Part shown: in pieces, positions 27,520 through 38,151 of the stretch
Layout of the letters: each line of letters opens with the position of its first letter
Position numbering within the stretch: the stretch's first letter is position 1
Assembly: GCA_012295275.1 (NCBI GenBank)
Contig: CM022675.1
Span: 15,996,001 to 16,060,000, forward strand
Source of the DNA: Chrysomallon squamiferum
Lineage: Eukaryota; Animalia; Mollusca
DNA: 64,000 bases
Direction of reading: 5' to 3'
Notes under the pieces: generated by a model
The model's database searches: none
Told to the model about the DNA's origin: nothing
Seen by the model: the letters and a program-made list of their open reading frames with translations, nothing else
Translations under genes and position numbers: made by a program

Positions 27520-27721
27520 TACTATTTTTCAGGGTGAAGAGGGTGGAGGTGAGGAGAGTAAAGTGGCTAGTTTTTACGACTGGTATGACAGGGAGTACCG
27601 GATGTGTAAGGAGAGGGGGGAGATTCTACACAGACAAGTTCAGGAATCCGCAGCCAGAGTGGCGCAGCTAGTCAACTCTGTTTACAAACAAACAAACAGC
27701 CACGCCCCGCCCCACCCTTAA
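20323..27721 (+). CDS. 9-exon gene for an uncharacterised 348-aa protein (basic N-terminus, central helical/coiled-coil region, acidic disordered region, helical C-terminus)
   Basis: Exons 20323-20453, 20951-21026, 21746-21794, 22692-22831, 23711-23800, 24307-24459, 25502-25621, 26195-26293 and 27533-27721 all have GT-AG introns with pyrimidine tracts. They splice into one 1047-nt frame (MKRIFKTLGPSKQK...HAPPHP*) with consistent phases 2,0,1,0,0,0,0,0. Confidence 0.85.
20951..21026 (+). CDS. Uncharacterised gene, exon 2 (REMAYAAEEPRSACHRRDCLQKAGQG)
   Basis: Acceptor ttttgttttcag; donor GGA|gtaagt. Confidence 0.8.
21746..21794 (+). CDS. Uncharacterised gene, exon 3 (DEATVCSLVRDTAGGD)
   Basis: Long pyrimidine tract plus cag; donor ATG|gtcagt. 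Confidence 0.8.
22692..22831 (+). CDS. Uncharacterised gene, exon 4 (VAGKAVSASSSFGDFDKPILGENWSLLDDIISHFEQKEDGQELSRIL)
   Basis: Acceptor tttatttcag; donor CTG|gtaacc; GC-rich, coding-like composition. Confidence 0.85.
23711..23800 (+). CDS. Uncharacterised gene, exon 5 (CKERDCENMTKMMDEQLSKIQRNLRLVGRE)
   Basis: Acceptor gttttcag; donor GAG|gtaaac; 90 nt, phase 0/0. Confidence 0.85.
23801..24070. repeat. ~37-bp intronic minisatellite (GTAAATTCGTACTTTCTTCTTTATTGTTTACACA)
   Basis: About 7 tandem copies, starting exactly at the exon 5 donor. Confidence 0.85.
24307..24459 (+). CDS. Uncharacterised gene, exon 6 (LSDAQSCYISCLDNLHGNVQHEYSGLKEKSQVESENSDEEESEEESEDTSR)
   Basis: Acceptor cctctctccag; donor AGA|gtaaac; 153 nt. 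Confidence 0.8.
24485..25190. repeat. Compound (CA)n/(CATA)n microsatellite, ~700 bp
   Basis: Seen directly; it generates the spurious VCVC/HTHT ORFs. Confidence 0.95.
25502..25621 (+). CDS. Uncharacterised gene, exon 7 (SENENEGIRNDSLPKEHTREHSEERGEQLSVQRYRDCVQR)
   Basis: Long T tract plus cag; donor AGG|gtaaaa; 120 nt. Confidence 0.75.
26195..26293 (+). CDS. Uncharacterised gene, exon 8 (SSRTAKTEDKNVTDKQELTDEEKTNSQSDCEND)
   Basis: Acceptor tttttcttgcag; donor GAT|gtgagt; 99 nt. Confidence 0.8.
26568..27378. mobile_element. Non-autonomous Tc1/mariner-superfamily DNA transposon (Tc2/pogo-like MITE), 811 bp, in intron 8
   Basis: Left TIR CCGTATATACTTGTGTATAAGTCGA; right TIR reverse complement CCGTATATACTTGTGTACAAGGCGA (23/25 identical). 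TA flank on the right, GA on the left. Internal subterminal TCGACTTATACA repeats. Confidence 0.88.
27533..27721 (+). CDS. Uncharacterised gene, terminal exon 9 (GEEGGGEESKVASFYDWYDREYRMCKERGEILHRQVQESAARVAQLVNSVYKQTNSHAPPHP*)
   Basis: Acceptor tatttttcag; TAA stop at 27719-27721; AT-rich 3' region with AATAAA near 28052. Confidence 0.85.
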   Translation, partial: GEEGGGEESKVASFYDWYDREYRMCKERGEILHRQVQESAARVAQLVNSVYKQTNSHAPPHP

Positions 27722-28450
27722 ATAGCTGTCTTCGAAAACCCACTTTCGTTAATGATTAATATTTAATGTTTTTCAATTGAGTTTCTTTCTCTTTCTCCCA
27801 GTGTGAGTTTTAAATATTTTTGTTTTGTTTTCCTTTGTTTTATCAGTTTTTGATCATGAAAGTGATGTAATTTTGTGTCTGTGTAGACTGATTATATTAA
27901 ATAAGTGCTACAATTATGTTTACTTAATTCACTATTTCAACTGAAGTTGAAAAATATTAAATTTATATTTGTAGTATAATTTTATAAATATTTTTATTCA
28001 AAATATTTTTATATGCATTTCATTTTAATTATTCTTTAAAATTGAAATTTAAATAAATAAAGAAAGAAAGAAAGAAATTTATAATTATATTATAAATTAA
28101 TTAATTAGCAACACATAAATATTAATTAATTAATTAATTAATAATATTCTTTTGAAGGAACTGATTTTTTAACTGTGTGTGTTGATTAGATCAGTTTAAA
28201 GTTGACCTTTGCATTAAAAATACATGAGCAATTTGTTGTGTTATTTTTTGTTTCGTTTCTCTGCTACACTCATTTGTTATTATGATTCAGAAAAACACAA
28301 AAATCTTTTTCACCAAAAACTGAGCTCAACAAAACCAAGAATGTCGTAAATGCTTATCAGTATTTATTTCAGTAGCACGTTCTGTGACAAAAAATACAGC
28401 AAAAATAATCAGACAATTTTAGCCTACTGTTGTCTTTTCATATGCAGATA

Positions 28451-28539
<89 letters not shown>

Positions 28540-28655
28540 TTCTATCTTGCTCTTTCTCTCTGTATTTATTTCTCTGTGTTTGTGTCCTCGAGTATTTCAG
28601 TCTTTTTATTTCTTTATTTCAGTCTTTGGCGCTGTTTCTTTCTTTCTCTCTGTTT

Positions 28656-28747
<92 letters not shown>

Positions 28748-30877
28748 GCGCCATAAGTTGATATCGAATTTTGTAAATTATTTACTTAATTTTAATTTGA
28801 TCGTTAATTTGGTTATTTACATAAACATTTGTCATTTCTGTCTGTTTTTACTTTATGTCTTCTTGTTACATTTTGTTCACTCCTAAGATAATGGAAAAAA
28901 TATTCCTTCCCCTAAATCACGTTTAACACAAAAATTACATAGCAGAGATTACAAATGCTTCTGTTGCTGTAATTGCTAGTTAAGTCTGTTGCTATCCTTT
29001 ACGTCTTGTACAATATTTATTTCTATTCGTTTTAACACGGGACTGGTCAGTAGGCCTAGCCCATAAGACCTTTCCGCTTTTAAAGACCACTCCTAGTGAT
29101 TCATTGTCAAGTGACAGTAATGTACACAAATCTTCTTAAAACTTGCCAAACTGTTTTGCTGGCGATAAGTTTTGAAATGTATAAGACTATTTTAATGTTT
29201 TTTAGTTTTGCATAACTTAAAAACAAAAAAAAAAAAAAAAAAAAGATCCACACCAAATAACGCAGAAAGATCACGACATTTGTTCTGAAAATTACTTTAC
29301 AGACATTTACAGATATTTATGGCTACGATGAGTTCCTGTGTCATTGCAAAATGTTATCTGAGCTTGGCAGAATATTCCCCTAAGATTTAGTTTTCTTCAT
29401 CTCAGAAGAAGTTGCCTGGTTTTTACTGTTGCCATGGACACACAGTTCTGACTTAGTTACTGCTATCTCACAAGATGGATGACAACCTCACCTTCTGGTT
29501 TGTTTTGTGTTTTGTCAGTGAATGAATGAACTTGGTCACGAAACAAACACATTTTTCCTACTATGTTTATTAAACTGCACTGTTTGGTGCTACCAATAAA
29601 TAGCGCCACATTAGTCTTGACAGGACCGTTGGCACAAACACACACACGCATGTATGTATATATATAAAATATATATATATATACACATACCTCCACATAC
29701 ATACACAAATACAAACGTATACATATACAGTCATAAACATATACAAATATATACAAGCACATACACTTACATACATACAAAAATACACACATTCACATAT
29801 GCATTCGTATATACATACACATTGGTCAACACACACACATACATACACATACATATATACACACATATATATACATATGTACATACATACGTAAATACAT
29901 ATATGCATACGTACACACATATACATACATACAAACATTTACACATACATACGTCCCACACACACACACACATCCATACACACACATATATACAAATATA
30001 CATACATAGGTAAACATACGCAAACATTCACAAACATACGCATACATGAATACATGTATACAACGCACACAACAAACTGTATATAACAGCAGGCTGACTA
30101 ATTGTGTTTTCACTGATGTTGAACAAGTCATAAACTCCAGCCGGGGGCGCTTGTTCTGTTCGCGACTAAGATAATCTTCAAGACGTGACTAGTAAACTGA
30201 AATGTTAATTATTAACAATTTCAAATTATTTTTGTTTTCTTTGGGGCGACCAGTCTTTGCTGACAGCAAAAATGAGGCAGTAATTATCTCTTCCAACCTG
30301 ACGTCGTGACGTCATCGCGTACACAGTGGACTGGTGCGAGTTTCTTCTGGCGGGATTTTATTAGGAAGAAGAAGAATTACAAATAAATAAATAAAAATAC
30401 AAAGCTATTTATACAATTTTCAATTGTTACAAGTACTTATTACTAAATTAAAAAATAATATATATTCACCAGCGAATCCATGCTAACTGAAAGGAAATAA
30501 GTACAAAATATAGTTTGTAATGAATTTTATTAAAAAGAATTGCAATTGTATTATACCGCGTACAGCTCTCGCATTTAAAAATATATATATATATACTTAA
30601 CCAAACAAATTTAGCATGTTTTTGTAAATGACTGTTGCTTCCAAATAAATTAAAATAATGTAATAAAATTCGTAATATGTTAGTTGCATATGCCCTGTCG
30701 CTTTGGGAAATGAAAAGAACACCATCTGTCATATCGCACGCCGCTCTGTGTACTGCACGTCCAAACGCAGTGCGCTCGTGCTGTCGCAGAAGCGCGTGCA
30801 ATACCGATATATTGAAATCAAATTTTGATGCACTGAACCAACATTATCGAAAAACAAAAGGAATTTATCCTGTTATT

Positions 30878-32075
30878 ATGGGTCGCCGTTCTGACTTAAC
30901 GGAAAATCAACTCATGAAGCAATGGACGGTTTAACGCCGGCCAACGCTTACACTACGTACCAAACTGGGCAAATGCGAATCGACCACGTTCTGATAGACC
31001 AGATTAACTACTCCAAGGAAACACACGTATTTAGTGACGTCATTTCAACGTCCCAGGTTCGAAAGTCCTCCACGTTTTGCCCGTACTTTGCAGCAAACCA
31101 CAGACACTAGAACAGACATCAGCAACCTTTTTCGAGAAGCGGGTCACATGAGACATGGCTCATCCTCAGACGGGCCGCAGGTGCTAATTTAGGCGATTTT
31201 GTGTTTTTACGTAGAGTTTATTTTTAAACAAATTTCATTTTCATTTACTTCAGGAATTGTTACAATAAAAAAAAAATGACATGTGTTTTAGTATATTAGT
31301 AGATACAAAATAGACTCATTTTATAAAATTTGAATTAACGTTATTTTACTTGTGTAATTAGGTGGGCCGCAGTTTGCCCATGACTGCACTAGAATTCATG
31401 CTCAAACTGTCCGTAACCATCTCCATGCTGCTGGATTACAAGCACATCGCCCTGTTGTACTGTTCCTCTGACAGCGCGTCACATTCAAGAACGTCTGAGA
31501 TGGGCCAGAATACACCAACACTGGCGACGTAGACAATGGAATCAGACATTATTCCCAGAGGAATATAGGTTTTGTTTTCAGTTTGCGGATGGCAGGCGTC
31601 ATGTATGCAGGCAACGCGAAGAACGATATAATGCAAACAATTTATGGTATTTATGGTGCAGGTAAAACAGATACCGTTTTTATTCACTTAAACATGACTG
31701 CTCAAAGTTACTGCGACGATATCATTACATCAGTGGACTCCATTCCTGCAGCAGCATCTTGGCTTTCTGTTTCAAAATGACAACACCAGACCACACACCG
31801 CTAGGCTAACCACTAATATTCTTGAGCGGAACTACATCCAAGTGTTGAACTGGCCACCAAGTCCCCTGACTTGTCCCCAGTTGAGCATGCATGGGACCTA
31901 CTGGGCCGTAGGGTACGCGAAGACCATCCTCACATCCTTGATGTCCATGACCTACAAATTGCTCTGAACGGGGAATGGAACGCAACAATTGTTTCTGAAA
32001 TTAATGTTCTCAATAGAAGCACGAGACGACGATGTACTGTTGTCGTCAATGCCGCTGGTGCACACACACACACAT
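30878..32075 (+). mobile_element. Decayed Tc1-family (DD34E-type) transposase, frameshifted and internally deleted
   Basis: Fragments MGRRSDLTENQ, AQTVRNHLHAAGLQAHRP, PLTARHIQERLRWARIHQHW...QW, FQNDNTRPHTAR and WPP/SPDLSPVEHAWDLLGRRVR match the Tc1 motifs FQQDNARPH and WPxxSPDLxPIE. Confidence 0.92.
31113..31386. mobile_element. hAT-family (Charlie-like) MITE, 274 bp, nested in the Tc1 transposase
   Basis: Perfect 8-bp TSD CACTAGAA at 31105-31112 and 31387-31394. Imperfect TIRs: CAGACATCAGCAACCT on the left, and CAGTCATGGGCAAACT as the reverse complement of the right end. Removing it restores LQQTTDTRIHAQTVRN. Confidence 0.88.
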
Positions 32076-32697
32076 TAGTGAGTTCTCTCAACATTTGGGT
32101 AGATGTACCCTTCCGTTTCATCAGCTGACATTAAAGTAACCACGCTGATACCGTGACAACCTGTTACTGTGGTTACAGTCAGAAATGCTGGGTCAATGAA
32201 ATAATGTTTACAAATAAATTCAACATCCATCTGGTTGTCTGTGTTTCATATCGTGTACATAATTGCCAGTCGTATTTGGTACAGAATATATATATTAGCT
32301 ATATGCTTGGTTCATGAGACATGGGCCAGTTAATTTTAAGGCAAATGATCATAAAAGTTGATGACTTGCATTCTGGCATACTGTTATACTATTCGATAAT
32401 AAAGTATTATGTAATCGCATTTTGCATTATAAATCTTTAGCAGAATAAGTAAAAACATAAATATAATAAATATCACCAAGTATATGCAGATAGGAGAAAA
32501 AGAAATATTTTTTGTGAAATATTTGTATTTTTAAAGTTTTTGTTTTTTTTTTATCTTATACTCAAGCAGTTTCATTTCTGATTACGTATATTTATTTGTC
32601 ATTATTGAGTCCTAAAGAATTAAATATTAAGAACATCTGGTTAATATTAAATCTAAAACAGAGTTTAAAAACAACACAGTAAAATTTCTTAAAGTGT

Positions 32698-32703
32698 TTT
32701 ATT
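32698..32703 (-). terminator. Candidate polyadenylation signal of the LFRFamide gene
   Basis: AATAAA on the minus strand ~330 nt after the stop codon; a second one at 32591-32596. Confidence 0.5.
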
Positions 32704-32806
32704 GAACAGTGTCACTATCAGCAAACAATCTGAGATGTTAAAGTTTCAAAATACAAAACTGACATTTTTTAAAATTAATAATAATAAAAATAACAATAAT
32801 AATAAC

Positions 32807-32846
<40 letters not shown>

Positions 32847-33031
32847 TCACTTTTTTAATATAAAATTAATCCTTATTGATTTTTGAATAATACGAACCTG
32901 TTTTTGTGAACATTAATGTTTTTTTCTGTTTTTGTTTTGGCGTTAGATAACTAAACTTATAGATTTGTGTTTTGTTTCACAGCGAACATAAGACAGAACT
33001 AAAAATGTTTGTGAAATCACATTTCGGACTT

Positions 33032-33303
33032 TTACTCAGTTTCTCTGCCCCAGTGAAAAGATCGCTTGCTGTCGAAATCGTCCTCGATGTTTGGCTCGTC
33101 GAATCCACTTCTGCCAAACCTGAACAACGCGCCGCCTCGCTTACCAAAGCGAAACAGTGAGCCCCGTTTTCCAAATCTAAACAGCGAGCCTCGTTTTCCG
33201 AATCTGAACAGACTGCCGCCACGTTTGTCGAGGTAGTCGGGTAAGATGTAGTCGTCTGAACGTTTTGACGCAGACCCCAAAGTTCTCAGTTGTAGATCGG
33301 CAT
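33032..33303 (-). CDS. LFRFa: LFRFamide neuropeptide precursor (molluscan sNPF-type), peptide-encoding last exon
   Basis: KR-GGSLFRFG-KR-GSLFRFG-KR-GSLFRFG-KR-GGALFRFG-R...KR-SFHWG-R: basic cleavage sites with Gly amide donors. Acceptor tttttgttctttgccag, phase 1. Confidence 0.97.
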
Positions 33304-34446
33304 CTGGCAAAGAACAAAAAGAACGTTAACTGTTTATGTTACAAGAAAACCTCTGTGTTTTGTTTGAGGTAGTAAAAGAACTGATATTATCTGCTGCTTT
33401 AATTCGATCATGCGATAAACAAACCGGATTTATACAGAAAGGTTTGTAAGATGTTTCAGAGAACAGACGTCTTGTATTAAAACACTCGTTGCATTCTCAA
33501 ACTAAAACATCCGTCAATGACTGCTACTACTACAGCAACTATTAGTACTACTACGTTTACTACTATAGCTGGTATTAGTAGTACTACTTTTATTACTATA
33601 ACTACTATTATTACAGCTACTACAACTACTACAACAAGAACAACAGCAACTACCACCACTACTAGTAAGACTAATACTGCTGCAGCTTCTGCCACTACTT
33701 CTAATAAGGCTACGACTATTACAACATCCACCTTTACTACTACTGCTTTTTCAACTACTATTTTGCTACTGCTACCACTACAACAATATAACTACCAAAC
33801 ATGTTCGACTGTTACTAAATAATAAGAATTCTCACTGACAGCTGTGAACTGATACTCGTTCTCTTTGCACTTACATTTTAAATGGGGTGGATGTTTTTCA
33901 GACACCAGAGTTAAATAACAGTAGTCACTGCCCATTTAATGCAGAATCTCCTATATTAGTAATAAATAACTGACAATTTATCTTCATCTGCTTTCTGTGT
34001 TTAATCGTTAGCTGCGGTACCCTTCTACGAAATTCCTCCTATCAAACAGTGTCGCACTTTATATTTATTTCTTTCAGTCCTTATTCATTCATTTGTGTAT
34101 ATGCGCGTATGTGTGTACGTCTGTATAAGGAGTTGTCTTACCAGTACAAATCTTTCAGTATTAATGTAGATATTCTGTATTATTACAACGTGCTATAAGT
34201 TCCAGGTCTGAGACAAACTGACAAGTTTTCAGCGTGTTATACTGGTGTGTATTTCTGTTACAGTACAAGACAAAAAGCTTATTCCATGCCGGGATGCCCC
34301 GGGATATTACATTCATTAACGGACACAAATTGTCAACACATCGTAAAGCTGGAGGAAAGAAAATGATTTCGATCTTGGAATTAATTAATTAAAAAATACT
34401 AATAATAATTATTATAAATAAAAAAAGAAGTATTTTTGGAGTACTT

Positions 34447-34481
<35 letters not shown>

Positions 34482-35634
34482 AGTTCTTTCCATTTCGTTT
34501 GACAACAAATAATTTAATCTTGGAATTTATTTTTAAAAGAATAATAATTATAAATAAAAACAAAGATAATCTGTAAGAATTCCTCTTATTTAAACCAATT
34601 TCCGGTGCTACTGCCTGATACAGAAATCATTTTCCATCACCTTTCTGTTTGAATCTTCGCAAGTACATTTAAATACGACACACACGCACGGAATTCTTAC
34701 TTTTTATATATATCAAAACATAACAACAGCATAATAAATTTTGTTGCATATATTAAAATAATGTTAAAACGTCTGAAAATCCCACTTGTCATTGCGGTGT
34801 TAAATTTGAAAATGTTTTCAGTCATCAGACGAAACTAATTTTATAAAGTCGTTCAGCCCAAACTCGATGCAAAAATTATCAACGCTTTGAAAGTCGACTG
34901 AAGTAAATTTATAAAATAAGAAACCCGTTTAACAAACTGCAGTTACCTAAAAGTGATTTCAACGAATTCTATAAAACGAGTTCATCGTTAGGACTACTAC
35001 GATTTTAACTACTACTACTGCCACTACGTTTATTGTTACCTCTACTATAGAAACTGCTATATCACTTCAGATGCATTAACAACTACAACTACTCTTATTA
35101 CTGTTACTAATATTCTGTTACTATTAGTACTATTATTCATACTACTACTACCACTACCACTACTGCGACTACTACTACTATTATTATTATTACTGCAACA
35201 GAATTAACATCTACTATCACTACTAGTTCTACCATTAACATTATGTTACTACTAATTATATTAGAATGATTCAGACTACTATTACTACTACTACTACGAC
35301 TACTACTACTATTACTACTACCACTACGACTACTACAACCATTACTACTACCACTATACTACTACCACTGTCACCACTATTACTACCATTAGAACTACTA
35401 CAACTATTAGTACTAGCACTGCTACAACTACTACTATTATTACAGCCACTATTACTACAACTACTAACACTGAAGTAGAATAATATATTATTACTCGTCC
35501 TCTTCCTGCCGTGACCTACCTATTATAACTACTACCAGTGCTGATATAATAAAGTAATATATTACGTCACAGTAAGTCGAATATTAACGTCACTGACTAC
35601 AGATATATTTGACAAATATTTGACGTCGTCTTAC

Positions 35635-35722
35635 TTTGATCCTCCGCGCTGGCTACGGCAACTCCTGTGAGGATGACAGCAACTACCACCACAATCAGAG
35701 CCAAGTAATGTGTCCACTGCAT
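35635..35722 (-). CDS. LFRFa: LFRFamide precursor, signal-peptide exon (MQWTHYLALIVVVVAVILTGVAVASAEDQ)
   Basis: ATG at 35722, hydrophobic core, A-S-A cleavage motif. Donor CAAA|gtaaga in phase 1 joins in frame to 33303, giving a 119-aa prepropeptide. Upstream acceptor tttcagcag. Confidence 0.93.
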
Positions 35723-36402
35723 TCTTGTCTGCTGAAATTAAACAAATCAAACTCGTTATAATTGTGTTAAATATTTTATTTTTAGTATTCGTCAGAAGTG
35801 CTTGTTTGATTTGGTTATTGAAAATATTGTTAATTATCAAAATCTTGTATATTTTTCTTTTTTATTAGTTACTGAAATTTTTGGGGTTCCTTTTAAAAGT
35901 TTTAATTATTATTTGTTAGCATATTAGCATTTAAATACTTAAATGTTCCTTATTAATTTTTCGCGAGATTTTGGTCGCTTTCAAAACGCGTGTGGCAGAG
36001 AACATTTGTATCAGAACAGTTTCGCGAAAAATATTTCCACCCCCGACCAAAAGTAGTAACGATATCCGACAATCACAATTCTGCTGAAGGTTTCAGAACG
36101 TGTGACGAATTCAATATTTCACGGAAATAACCGATTTGTGTCGAAAATAAAACACGACTGTAGCAGACCGATGTTAGATATTGCCGTAACACATGACTTC
36201 CTGCGTTGTCTGGTGACTGTTTTTGATTTCCTCACATTTCATTCTCTCCGTCAAAATAATCGACTCTTTGAACCACGACAACCCCCCAACCAGTCTACGT
36301 TGTCACGGTTTCTGATTTCATCACGTTTACTTGGAATCGGTTTGACCGAGATTGTAGTACTTTTGTAAATGTTGTTCATAAAATACATACACAGACACAC
36401 GC

Positions 36403-36473
<71 letters not shown>

Positions 36474-37414
36474 TAATTTACACGTACACAGACTGAAAGA
36501 CAAATAAAACCTCCCCCCCCAGGAGAAAAACAAAACAAAAAACAAAACTGAAAATAAAGAGAAGAGATAAATTCATTAGAATTAACGAGACAAGATACGT
36601 TAAAACAGTTGTTCTGTTGTTCAGTTCAGACAAGACAGACGTACTTTACAAAACAGTTTCTCTGCTCAAAGGATAAATACAAAAAGTTTTCTGTTCGAGA
36701 AAACTCTCTCTGCTCAAACGATAAATAAAATCTGTCAAAACTCGGTATGAGGAAATTAAGCTATGATTAGTTGTACCACTAGATGTCTCTCCGTCTGTCT
36801 GACTGTCACAGCGACTCTCCAGGACAAGACAAGTGTTCGGGAGAGGTCGTCGTTGTCAAACTGTCGATATTTACTGTGAATTCTCACACCAGACTCAGCA
36901 TGTGTCCGACGTGAACACTTTACCCCTAGCTGCCTCGTGCTGAGCTCGTCACAGACGTATAGATTTACAGTAATCGTGCGTCGCTGAGAGTAATTTTCTC
37001 TTTTTTACTTCTTTCACGTCTCCATCTCAGTCACGTGATTTTTAAAAGAAAGTAATAGGAATCCTGCTGTCTTTTAGTACAGTCGCGGCGCTATTGTTAG
37101 AATGGGAAATAAATGTAACTTGTCTAATAACTCGTTCACTACACTCTCCGCGCTTTATGAAAAGAAAAAGAAGAAAAAGCAGAAAATTAAAATTAAGACG
37201 ACAATAATGCCAGCATCTGCAAAACTGCCAGTGATAATGATAATGTCTGTGAGATAATAACAATAATCATCATGATATATATATATATATATATAGCACT
37301 AAAATACTGAACATCCTAGAATTTATGAAGTATTTTCAAATTCTTTATTAACTATTTTCCATCAGTTCAAACATTTGAAAAAAATAGAACTGTCTTTTTA
37401 CACACATTACAGAA

Positions 37415-37517
<103 letters not shown>

Positions 37518-37873
37518 TTAAGAGAGACAGAGACAACTGGTTCAGAAGAATGGTATAAAATTACGTCTGTTTTATCGGAACAAAATTTAATTAAAAAACA
37601 AAAAGAAAATATAAAAGGGTAGAAAAAAAATAGAGATAAAGAAAAGGTAAAGTTTATAACAAACATCACACAAATTACTAAGCGTAAAGAGATTTTTTCA
37701 GTGAAGCTGTTTGTTCAGTGACGACTGAGACCTTGGTGTGTGAAATTAAATATAATCTTAGTGGATTCACAAATCTGTCGACGCACGCTTTTGTAGCAGC
37801 GCGTTCACTGACAGCCTCGAGATCAGCCTAGCGTCTCTGATTACTGGTTTAAATTACATCTCTTTAACACCCA

Positions 37874-38151
<278 letters not shown>

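Noticed and set aside
33304-33310. TTG start of the 92-aa ORF as the LFRFamide start
   Set aside because: It lies in the splice acceptor and gives no signal peptide; the real ATG is at 35722.
33517-33822. Thr-rich mucin-like ORF
   Set aside because: It is a degenerate (ACT)n microsatellite in the LFRFamide intron, with no signal peptide or splice support.
34142-34174. Possible extra 33-nt LFRFamide coding exon ending in CTG|gtaaga
   Set aside because: The required phase-1 frame contains TAA and TGA stops, and the acceptor is poor.
35631-35840. Cys-rich 69-aa ORF (DCGGSCCHPHRSC)
   Set aside because: It is a wrong-frame reading of the signal-peptide exon plus intron.
36765-36788. Partial resemblance to miR-1992 (AGTTGTACCACT, recalled from memory)
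   Set aside because: The seed region differs and I see no hairpin partner.
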